52,783 bases of DNA from Candidatus Hodarchaeota archaeon (lineage in GTDB: Archaea > Asgardarchaeota > Heimdallarchaeia > Hodarchaeales > Hodarchaeaceae). The stretch lies in assembly GCA_029856365.1 (NCBI GenBank), contig JAHQWW010000015.1, forward strand, positions 1 to 52,783. Direction: 5' to 3'. A program made the translations under genes and the position numbers. Each line of letters begins with the position of its first letter. Position 1 is the first letter of the stretch. The notes beneath the pieces were generated by a model. The model searched no databases, was not told the DNA's origin, and was given only the letters and a program-made list of their open reading frames with translations. Positions 30,279 through 38,617 of the stretch are shown in pieces.

Positions 30279-30443
30279 ATTTTCCCAAGGTGAGCCAAAA
30301 GAATAAATTCTCGTAAAGAATAAATTCAGGATCCTGAATGAAATTGGACAACATGATTTTAATTCTCTCCATATATAGATCTTGTTGATCTGTTATATAT
30401 TCTGAAAATTATGAATTTTTAATGGTCAGTCAGTAATCATATT

Positions 30444-30764
30444 ATGTTGAAGGATTCCACGTATATGTTTCGAAATTGCGTTTTTTTACTTAATGCAAAA
30501 GTGGGTTATTGTCTAAAATTTAAAGAATGGATAAATGCCTGTCCTCCAAAGTGTGGAGAATGTATTCAGGGGGAAGTGGGAGAATTGGATATAGCAGAAC
30601 AAAATAAATACAATATTGAATGTCTTCATTTTACGAGGGACGTTAAAAGAGGGTCGACTTTTTTTTGTACGTTACTGAGGCAAGAAGAACCTTTTTGTGA
30701 GGCATGCCAGTTTCCTAATTATAAAAAAATTCCAGTTAAAGGCAATCACATCAGGAATTCCTGA
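30444..30764 (+). CDS. Cys-rich protein with two similar putative metal-binding modules
   Basis: C.xF...[YF]C...P.CxxC pattern occurs twice. Confidence 0.65.
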   Translation: MLKDSTYMFRNCVFLLNAKVGYCLKFKEWINACPPKCGECIQGEVGELDIAEQNKYNIECLHFTRDVKRGSTFFCTLLRQEEPFCEACQFPNYKKIPVKGNHIRNS

Positions 30765-30825
30765 CTAAATCCTAATCTGGTGCTATTATTGCCCTTTCTT
30801 TCCTCCTTTTAAAAGGAAAAAAGAC

Positions 30826-32289
30826 TTAGTTTCTCAGAAAGGCACTGTTAGGGGTAGAGATAATTAGTTCTTCGATATCTTCTCGAATAATAATTCGAGT
30901 ATCAGCTTCTCTTCTCACAAGGGTTTTCCAATAATTAGACGTTATTGATGTTTTTAAGGTTTCTTGGGCATCTTCTTGGAGTTTTTGTTCATATAAGAAA
31001 ATACTTTTCAGGAAAAAATACCTATCCATTTGTTCAGAAATTTTATCAGGAGGAAACTCAATTAATTTCTCAATTGTTGTGAATAATGATTTTCTTGCGT
31101 CTCGTTTGATCCATTGATGTTGAGCATGTTCTTCTGGTTCGACATTCATGAACTGAATAGCAGAGATATTGTTTGGTTTAAAGTTTAAAGAGTAATTAAT
31201 CGTCATCGTTGCCCCACTAAACCAAATACGGAATTCACTAAAGCGAACATTATCAGAGAGGATGATTTGAAGGGGTAATTTGTCTAATTGGGGAGGTATT
31301 GCTGAGATCCTAATTTCTACTAGAAATTTTCCCTTTTTATAACGTTTGACTGAAAAATCATAATGGAATTCTGGTTGTGGAGTTTGTTCGAGCAACCAGA
31401 AATCATAAAACTTACGGATTTGCAAAAAATATTCTTGGAGCCAGGTGCCATGAATGTCCTTAGGATGCAAAGCATGTTCATACCATAACTGACGAGGTTT
31501 ATGGAGCATGAAAAAAGTTTGCCATAAGTTCTTACAAGGATCCTCACGAATTGCTATGAGAAAACTTGGACATGTTCTAAGATCCCTTACCGCGCCTTTA
31601 CTTTGCCATTTTGTTCTCCATAGAAAGGGAACTAATAGAGGAATTATAACGAATTTAGTAAGAAGGTTTGGAAATCCCTTTTTTTGAAGTACTGCTGCAA
31701 CATTGTTCCAAAGAGATACTGGCCCATCTTCTAAAACTACTCCTTTAATGGGGGAATTCTTTACTATTTGACAAGCTAGAATTGTGCCAGAAGAGTTACT
31801 CCAAATTCCAATATTTCTTTTATCTATCTCTGGACGTGTGATAAAATATTCGTAAGCCTTCTCAATTACTCCTTGATACTGTTTTGGACATACACTTCTT
31901 TTATTAAATATTAATTTTTTTCTTTCATCTAAATCCCAGTGATAGAGTGGAAGCAAGACGTTAAAACCAGTTGTATGTAAAATACTGGCAACTTTGAGAC
32001 TATTTTCATGATCTTCTTTTTGAAACCAATTTGGTACCATTAAGATGCCCGCAGAGCAAGCTATCTTGCTGGGAAAGAACAGTGCAATTAATCGCTCTTC
32101 CTTTGTTGGAATCTCTACGAATCTCACAGATTTTCCTAGATCAATAGGAGTCAAAGAAGCATTATCCTCACTTGTAATAGTTCTTGCGAGTAACCAAAAT
32201 ATTAAGCACGGAATTACTTCCAAATATCGGATTATAATGGTCACAAGAATAATCGATAAAAAAAGAATAAATATTAGTTCAATTGCCAT
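30826..32289 (-). CDS. Membrane-anchored alpha/beta-hydrolase-fold protein with C-terminal extension
   Basis: GFNVL, RPEIDKRNIGIWSNSSG nucleophile elbow variant, KGVVLED. Confidence 0.65.
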   Translation of the reverse strand: MAIELIFILFLSIILVTIIIRYLEVIPCLIFWLLARTITSEDNASLTPIDLGKSVRFVEIPTKEERLIALFFPSKIACSAGILMVPNWFQKEDHENSLKVASILHTTGFNVLLPLYHWDLDERKKLIFNKRSVCPKQYQGVIEKAYEYFITRPEIDKRNIGIWSNSSGTILACQIVKNSPIKGVVLEDGPVSLWNNVAAVLQKKGFPNLLTKFVIIPLLVPFLWRTKWQSKGAVRDLRTCPSFLIAIREDPCKNLWQTFFMLHKPRQLWYEHALHPKDIHGTWLQEYFLQIRKFYDFWLLEQTPQPEFHYDFSVKRYKKGKFLVEIRISAIPPQLDKLPLQIILSDNVRFSEFRIWFSGATMTINYSLNFKPNNISAIQFMNVEPEEHAQHQWIKRDARKSLFTTIEKLIEFPPDKISEQMDRYFFLKSIFLYEQKLQEDAQETLKTSITSNYWKTLVRREADTRIIIREDIEELIISTPNSAFLRN

Positions 32290-32444
32290 AAATTGTTTTC
32301 ACTTCCCAAAAATTCCTATCAATCTCCTTATACTGTCAGTATAGAGGTATCTCTCATCTATGTCTACTTAAAGATTATCTAGTTTCACCTAGTATATTCT
32401 ATTTACGAGTTCTATAGCAATATTGTAATGTATTAGTTTAATCA

Positions 32445-32858
32445 TTATGAAATAGTTTCTATTTCAATATTTAGCTGTTTTTCAACTTTTTTCATCATTT
32501 TAATAAGGATTGCTAAAAATTCAAAGTGTTCTGCTAGCTTATTGTTTAATTCCTGTAAAATTTGACTATGTCTTAGCCTAAACCTCTCAATAAGCATAAG
32601 CTTGTGTTTTTTCTGATTAAAGGGATTTTCATGTTTGAGTTGATATTCACGTTGCATTGCTTTCTTGCGAGATGTATATCTTTCTAGATAAACAAGCTCT
32701 ATCGGTTGGCGTCGGGTAAATCGTGCTCCTTTGGTTGGAGTTAATCCACTATGTTGAGCTATTCGTGATATTAGGCGACCTGTATAGCCAACATAAATTT
32801 TCCGGTTGTTTCTCAGAGATTGGTTTCCAACAAAAAGCATATAGACCCAGAATGGCAT
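32445..32858 (-). CDS. GIY-YIG nuclease (UPF0213/Slx1-like)
   Basis: WVYML...IYVGYT...RIAQH...KGARFTR...A.QREYQLK. Confidence 0.88.
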   Translation of the reverse strand: MPFWVYMLFVGNQSLRNNRKIYVGYTGRLISRIAQHSGLTPTKGARFTRRQPIELVYLERYTSRKKAMQREYQLKHENPFNQKKHKLMLIERFRLRHSQILQELNNKLAEHFEFLAILIKMMKKVEKQLNIEIETIS

Positions 32859-32948
32859 AGAATTCACTTCTATTCTCAAGTATTTCTGTTACTAAATAAA
32901 TTAGTAAGTAACTTAAATGTCTCTTTCTTTATGGGAGAACAGATAACT

Positions 32949-35900
32949 ATGGCGTCAGAAGAAGAAGTAACAGATTCTTTAGCTCCTTCATCAAGAATTC
33001 TTTACTACCTAAAGAAAGTCTGGGCAATTATTGTCTATTTTCGCTTTGTTGTGGTGATAGGTCTCCTAGCATTCTGGGTAAAAATAGCTTTCATCCATAG
33101 TACCGATATGTGGGATGAGGGGTGGTTTACTGCCATTGCTAGTCGAATGGCTTTTGGTCCTTCCCCTTCCGACCCTTTCCTTCCATTGTATTACCCTGCT
33201 GAAGGTGGAGACATTAAATTCTTCGATAAACCACCTTTTGCTTTTTGGGTGGGCGCATTTTTAATGGGTATCTTTGGCCGTACAACTTTCTCAGCGAAAG
33301 GGGTAGTTATTCTTGGTGGAACTGGATTAGCCTTGATTGTGTATTTACTTTATAGTCATCAAATAGAGAATAAGAGTGCTGCGATAATAGCAGGATTACT
33401 CGTTGCTTTAGGTCATTTTCTAACTTTTTACTCAAGAACTGCATACATTGACTCATTTGTGGTCTTTATGGCTGCTTTGGTGATGTTGCTAGGCATTAGG
33501 GCAGTTGATGCGATTTTTATTGAGAATAATCTCCGTAAAGGGTATTTGTTGTTGTTTATCACATTCTTGATTAATATCTTGAATATTTTAACGAAAGCTT
33601 GGCAGGGGGTGCTTACCTATCCTGCAATTGCCTTATATTTATTTTTTCGATACATAGAGCGTCACATTCATCTTGGTGATTTACGCGCCATCTGGAAAGA
33701 GATTTCTGATCGATTTACCATTTCTCCAAAGGATATGGAACCATACTTGCTAATTCAATCTAAATATGTAGAGAGGGGAATCCCATTTCCTTTTATCATT
33801 GTTATTGTAGCTGGTGTTAGTTCTTTTCTTGGAGCCTTTTTTATTGACCAGTTATTTGCCTCTAGTATAATTTTAGCTATAGTAGCAGCCATTGGGTGTT
33901 ACATTGTCTTTTTACGTTCTAGTATTGAACACAAAAATCAATTAAGATTGGAAGGATTAATTACGAGTGTGGTTACTGGATGTATTGCTGGAATTATAGG
34001 AGCGTTGGTTATCAAAGTTTTTTATGGTAGATTGGAGGGATCATTTATTCTTTTTGCTCAGGCTTTAGGGGAAGAAGATGTCTTTTCAGTTGATTTCTTA
34101 ATTGATCTTATTCCATTTGATTTTCTCTCTGATCTTATCTCTGAGCTATTTTCGAACGAAATTTTGGTCTTATTTCTCCTCGAAATACTTGCTGCAATTT
34201 TTGGATTAATCTTAACCTTCGGAACGGTCTTCTTCCTTTCTGGAATTCTACTAGATCTGTTTAATCGTGAATCAAAATTCCTAAGGATTATTTATGAAGG
34301 AATAGATTTAATCCCGTTAATAATCCTTGGAGTTTGGATTGGAATTTGGTTTATCGGTCTTCTTCTTCTTGGACGGGAAGGTGTGAATGCTCTTTCAATT
34401 ACTCTTTTTGGTATATCTGTTACTTTATTACTAATACCTTTGATGCTTGCATATCCAAAAATGAAAAATACTATTGCTACACAATTTGAATTAAATTATC
34501 GTTTAAGATCTCCTCAGGAAATGTCTACTTTCTCGAATCACTTATTATTCTTAAGTATCGCTATTATTTTCATTATTATTAGTTTTTACCCTTTTGTCTC
34601 ATGGGTTCAATATTTAGATACTAATATTGCAAATGGCACTTTTCCTTGGATTGTTCGTACTCCAGGAGAGCTGTCTAGAGACCCAGAAAGACCTAATCCT
34701 GTTACTTATACCTTCCTTTTCTTCGAATATTATATAGGTTGGAGGTTTACACATGCCACCGATGCAGGTGACTTACCACGAAGCGTTGGGAGTGCTATCA
34801 ACGATCTTGCTTTATGGGTCGTAATACCCTTCTTTATTGTTGGTATTATTGCCTTTTTCTTTTCAAATAAACGTAATCTTGCTCTTGGTTCCGCATTTTT
34901 AGCTTGGTTAATTACCATTCCTTTTGTTTTTTTCCCAGCTCAGTTCCAGCTTAATTATTATTATATTCCACTTGCAATTCCATATTTTGCTATTGCTGCG
35001 AAAGGGTTCGACTATATTTATTCCAATGAACAATGGAAAATGACCGTGGTTGATAATATAGAGCGATTCTTAGCAGGATTTATTTTTTACTTCACATTTG
35101 CCTTTAAATATCTAGTTTCCCCTTTTTATGAGCTGGTAAATATCTTTCTAGCCATTTTATCAGGAGTAGAGTTGTCTGATATTATAAACCAGTTTATTGA
35201 TCTGGATCTAGGTTTTTTACTGTTCATTAGCGCTATTTACCTAGTTCCCTTTTCAATTGTAGCTTTTCGTTATCTAAAGACTTTTCCTGGTATTATAGCC
35301 GTTGGTTTTGCGTATGATTTTTTCATTGATTCTTGGTTTAAATCTAATGGTTTAGAAAAGCTGTATAATGTGTTATTTCATAATTTGTTTGAAACTATCT
35401 TGTCAATGGATGTTAGCTGGATTCTAGATGTTGTTGAGCATGGAGCTCCTCTAGCTACTATTGTTGGTATAGTTTTACTGATTTTTGGGTTGTATTGGTT
35501 GAGACCCAAGGTTAAACCACAAGCATTCATCTTTTTAGGACTACTATTATCAGCTATGTTAATTAATCTTTCAGCACTAATCCATGTTAATCAAATCTTT
35601 GACCTCCGATTTCAAGAATCAGCGATTTATATTAAAAATCATGGAGGCGACTATAATTACAGTACATGGGTTCTTCCTGACGCAGGATCGCAATTCGCGA
35701 TGCGATATTACTTGGGGTACGAAGTTGAAGATCGTAGTGCACATAATCGGTTGAATAATATTCCTTTTTCTCATAATTCTTCAGACAGAATGGATGAATA
35801 TTATGAAGCTCATAATAATATTAAATTCTGGGTGATAATCAATACCTCTGAGCATCACAATATTCCTGCGTATGCTATCACCTATCCTGAAGCGTATAAA

Positions 35901-36035
35901 TGGTTTACTACTAATGAACACCTAGTCTGCGTTGACGACATTATTGATTTAACCAGTTGGTACAAAATACACTTATTTGTGAATCACACTTGGATAACAG
36001 AACAAGAATATGATTGGACCAAATTATATGGTTGA
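32949..36035 (+). CDS. GT-C fold glycosyltransferase (PMT/ArnT-like) with large membrane insertions
   Basis: WDEGWF, FFDKPPF.FW, SRTAYID, LTK, YYIPL; many TM helices; ATG 32931 or 32949 preferred over the TTG overlapping the nuclease gene. Confidence 0.82.
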   Translation: MASEEEVTDSLAPSSRILYYLKKVWAIIVYFRFVVVIGLLAFWVKIAFIHSTDMWDEGWFTAIASRMAFGPSPSDPFLPLYYPAEGGDIKFFDKPPFAFWVGAFLMGIFGRTTFSAKGVVILGGTGLALIVYLLYSHQIENKSAAIIAGLLVALGHFLTFYSRTAYIDSFVVFMAALVMLLGIRAVDAIFIENNLRKGYLLLFITFLINILNILTKAWQGVLTYPAIALYLFFRYIERHIHLGDLRAIWKEISDRFTISPKDMEPYLLIQSKYVERGIPFPFIIVIVAGVSSFLGAFFIDQLFASSIILAIVAAIGCYIVFLRSSIEHKNQLRLEGLITSVVTGCIAGIIGALVIKVFYGRLEGSFILFAQALGEEDVFSVDFLIDLIPFDFLSDLISELFSNEILVLFLLEILAAIFGLILTFGTVFFLSGILLDLFNRESKFLRIIYEGIDLIPLIILGVWIGIWFIGLLLLGREGVNALSITLFGISVTLLLIPLMLAYPKMKNTIATQFELNYRLRSPQEMSTFSNHLLFLSIAIIFIIISFYPFVSWVQYLDTNIANGTFPWIVRTPGELSRDPERPNPVTYTFLFFEYYIGWRFTHATDAGDLPRSVGSAINDLALWVVIPFFIVGIIAFFFSNKRNLALGSAFLAWLITIPFVFFPAQFQLNYYYIPLAIPYFAIAAKGFDYIYSNEQWKMTVVDNIERFLAGFIFYFTFAFKYLVSPFYELVNIFLAILSGVELSDIINQFIDLDLGFLLFISAIYLVPFSIVAFRYLKTFPGIIAVGFAYDFFIDSWFKSNGLEKLYNVLFHNLFETILSMDVSWILDVVEHGAPLATIVGIVLLIFGLYWLRPKVKPQAFIFLGLLLSAMLINLSALIHVNQIFDLRFQESAIYIKNHGGDYNYSTWVLPDAGSQFAMRYYLGYEVEDRSAHNRLNNIPFSHNSSDRMDEYYEAHNNIKFWVIINTSEHHNIPAYAITYPEAYKWFTTNEHLVCVDDIIDLTSWYKIHLFVNHTWITEQEYDWTKLYG

Positions 36036-36187
36036 TTAAATACTTAGGAACAAGTTCTTATTGATTGTATCTTATTATTGAAGACTTTGGGCACATTTCT
36101 AGGTTGTGATTGAATAATGGTAACTCTCTTAGTTTCTACGAAATCCTGAAAATCTTGAATCTACTTGTTCATTTTAAGGTGAAAAAT

Positions 36188-36466
36188 ATGTCTAGCAAGA
36201 TTACTGCAAAACACATTTTAGTAGATAAGAAAACACTGGCTGAAGATCTAATTGAAAAGATAAATACTGGAACAAGATTTGAGGATCTTGCCAAGGAATA
36301 TTCCACTTGTCCTAGCAGAAAAAAAGGTGGCAGTTTGGGTGAGTTTGGTCGAGGGGTAATGGTCAAGGAATTTGAGAAGGCAGCCTTTGCCCTACAGAAA
36401 AACCAAATTACGCAAATTCCCGTGAAAACAAAATTTGGATATCATATCATTAAGCGGGTAAGGTAG
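36188..36466 (+). CDS. ppiC: Parvulin-type peptidyl-prolyl cis-trans isomerase
   Basis: AKHILV, FEDLAKEYS.CPS, GG.LGEF.RG.MV.EFE.AAF, PVKT.FGYHII; AGGTGA SD before ATG 36188. Confidence 0.92.
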   Translation: MSSKITAKHILVDKKTLAEDLIEKINTGTRFEDLAKEYSTCPSRKKGGSLGEFGRGVMVKEFEKAAFALQKNQITQIPVKTKFGYHIIKRVR

Positions 36467-36727
36467 AAAGTTTAAAACCTCATATGAGGTATTTCATTCC
36501 GAGGTGTTTTCTCGAGATCAAATCTCCATAAATCATTTCAAGATTCATTTTTGCAGATTAATATGATAACTTCTCCTTATGAAGAAAACCTCTGTAAATA
36601 AATTCAAAATTCTTTGATAGAGAATTCTAGAAAAAATACTTTAAAATGACAGATAATCTCTGCTTTTTAGATACAAATCTTTTTATTCAAGGAGAATTCC
36701 ATGGTAAATGGCGAAAAGTGACAAGCG

Positions 36728-37195
36728 ATGGTACTTGATTCTGAAATTCGACTTACTCTCCAGCGAATAGAAAATGCTTTACAGAATGTCATGGAGTTGT
36801 CCGATTTTAGAAATTTCATGTTAGCTAAATCCTATCTCGAGGAGGGACAGGTTCACACGGCCATGCAGTTTTTGAAGAGAATTGAGCACAGTGGTCCTAA
36901 CGCTAATACGGTGATAACCCAAAGTCTTTTCATCCGAGCACTTATATTAGTCTATGATCTTCAATTTACGGACGCGTTGGCTCTTTTGGTGCGCATTCGG
37001 AATATGGCTTTTGATAAGGATGATAAGTTACTGAATGACCTTAACTCCCTTATCCGTGATATTAAAATTCAACAACAAGCAAGTGCGATGTATGATACTG
37101 CAGAGGCAAGGGAAAGAATTGAAGCTTTCCGCCAAACAACTATTACTCATTTACAACATTATTTGAACGCTTCTAAAGAACTGGTTCGGAAGTAA
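36728..37195 (+). CDS. Hypothetical all-alpha (TPR-like) protein
   Basis: 155-aa ORF with amphipathic helical pairs. Confidence 0.6.
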   Translation: MVLDSEIRLTLQRIENALQNVMELSDFRNFMLAKSYLEEGQVHTAMQFLKRIEHSGPNANTVITQSLFIRALILVYDLQFTDALALLVRIRNMAFDKDDKLLNDLNSLIRDIKIQQQASAMYDTAEARERIEAFRQTTITHLQHYLNASKELVRK

Positions 37196-37212
37196 TCTTT
37201 TTTTCTTACAAG

Positions 37213-37875
37213 TTAGAACTCTTTTAAGAACTCTAAAATTAAATTCGTAAGAATTTGTGTCAATTCCTCTTCCTCTCCACTTGCATCAACCCACTCAATT
37301 TTACCCCCAATATCCATTTTTGCCAATTGCTTATAATTTTGTCTAACTTTCTCTTGGTAATCAGCTAGTTCTAGTTGATCTTCGTTTTGTTTATCACGTT
37401 CTCGTATGCGGGATTGGCCTAGTTGCACGGTTACGTCTAAAAGTATCCAAAGATCTGGTTTCTGTGCGAAAGAGTTTTTTTGGAGGACATATTCAGGGCT
37501 AAAGATGTCAAGAGCTCCTTGATAAGCAGCATTTGATAGATAATACCGATCTACTAAAACAATGTGTTTTTGTTCTAAAGCTGGAAGAATATTTTGGTTA
37601 AGATCCCATTCACGATCTTTTAAGTACCACTCGAGCTCAACTTCGGGAGTTACTTCTTCACGATGTTTCTTCACTTTTTTTTGGATTAACTGTCCCCATT
37701 TGGAGTTATGATTGGGTTCATGAGTGACTGTTACGGGGTATGTATGTTTTCGTAACAGACGAGCTATTTTCTCGATTTGTGTGGTTTTGCCTGATCCATC
37801 AATGCCCTCAAATGCGATTAGGACTCCACGAGAAAGTTCTTTCACGGAAATTCGTCTCATACAATAGGTAGACAT
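37213..37875 (-). CDS. tmk: Thymidylate kinase
   Basis: FEGIDGSGKTT, EP, DR, VLVDRY..S..AYQG, PDL..LLDV; start uncertain (37845-37938). Confidence 0.93.
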   Translation of the reverse strand: MSTYCMRRISVKELSRGVLIAFEGIDGSGKTTQIEKIARLLRKHTYPVTVTHEPNHNSKWGQLIQKKVKKHREEVTPEVELEWYLKDREWDLNQNILPALEQKHIVLVDRYYLSNAAYQGALDIFSPEYVLQKNSFAQKPDLWILLDVTVQLGQSRIRERDKQNEDQLELADYQEKVRQNYKQLAKMDIGGKIEWVDASGEEEELTQILTNLILEFLKEF

Positions 37876-37988
37876 AAATGATCCTTCTCCCATTAAATAA
37901 TTTCTTACCATTTGAGTATTGAATTTCGATTGAATCAAACCTCATGAGTCTATAAAGGACACTGAATTCTTTCCATTGATGGTTTGCA

Positions 37989-38138
37989 ATGACAAATGAA
38001 GCTTCTCTTTATCAAGAACTTAATGCAATCATTGAATACCTGAATTACAACGGGCCACTGTTTGTTAACATCCCCTCTGATCTTGAATTAACTGATAAGC
38101 AAAGGGTAACCATTATTTCTGAGGTTGAACCTCTCTAA
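37989..38138 (+). CDS. 49-aa micro-protein A (YLNYNGPL family), absent from the ORF track
   Basis: MTNEASLYQELNAIIEYLNYNGPLFVNIPSDLELTDKQRVTIISEVEPL; paralogous to the next ORF with synonymous-only changes in the core. Confidence 0.75.
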   Translation: MTNEASLYQELNAIIEYLNYNGPLFVNIPSDLELTDKQRVTIISEVEPL

Positions 38139-38268
38139 ATCCCTTTTCACTTTTCATTTCATCCCTTGAGGATTCAAAAACAGGTTTTTTTTCTCAAGAA
38201 TGTGTATTACAAGCGTGTCACTCATCTATTTAACATCATTATGCTTTATACTATCTGTGAGGATCTCG

Positions 38269-38418
38269 GTGTCTCATCAGCTAATTTCACAAGAAGAACT
38301 TCAGATCACAATCGATTATTTAAACTATAATGGTCCCCTCAAAACAGTGACACCTCCAGATTCTGAAACAGAAAGGAAAAAAGGACTAGCTAAAGCGGTA
38401 GCCACTTCTGCATTCTAG
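38269..38418 (+). CDS. 49-aa micro-protein B (YLNYNGPL family)
   Basis: GTG start after GTGAGG; MSHQLISQEELQITIDYLNYNGPLKTVTPPDSETERKKGLAKAVATSAF. Confidence 0.75.
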   Translation: MSHQLISQEELQITIDYLNYNGPLKTVTPPDSETERKKGLAKAVATSAF

Positions 38419-38595
38419 GCGCAGATTTCTATTATCTCAAAAGTAACAAGAATCACAAGGTACCAGACATTTCTCTGACTCCTCACATTTTCTCTTTTTT
38501 AATGAAATTCAGATAATTTTTTATTGATAACACAACTTTTGGAGAACATAGAACACATTTTATATAAAGAAAGCATCAAAAAATAGGAAGAAGAG

Positions 38596-38616
38596 AGGTT
38601 GGAGATAATCCAACCT
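38596..38616 (-). terminator. Hairpin terminator after the surface protein gene
   Basis: AGGTTGGA-gataa-TCCAACCT right after the stop, followed by a pyrimidine/T tract on the minus strand. Confidence 0.55.
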
Positions 38617-38617
38617 T

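Noticed and set aside
30298-30327. 13-bp direct repeat AAAGAATAAATTC x2
   Set aside because: Only two AT-rich copies with a 4-bp spacer; not CRISPR-like, at most a local duplication.
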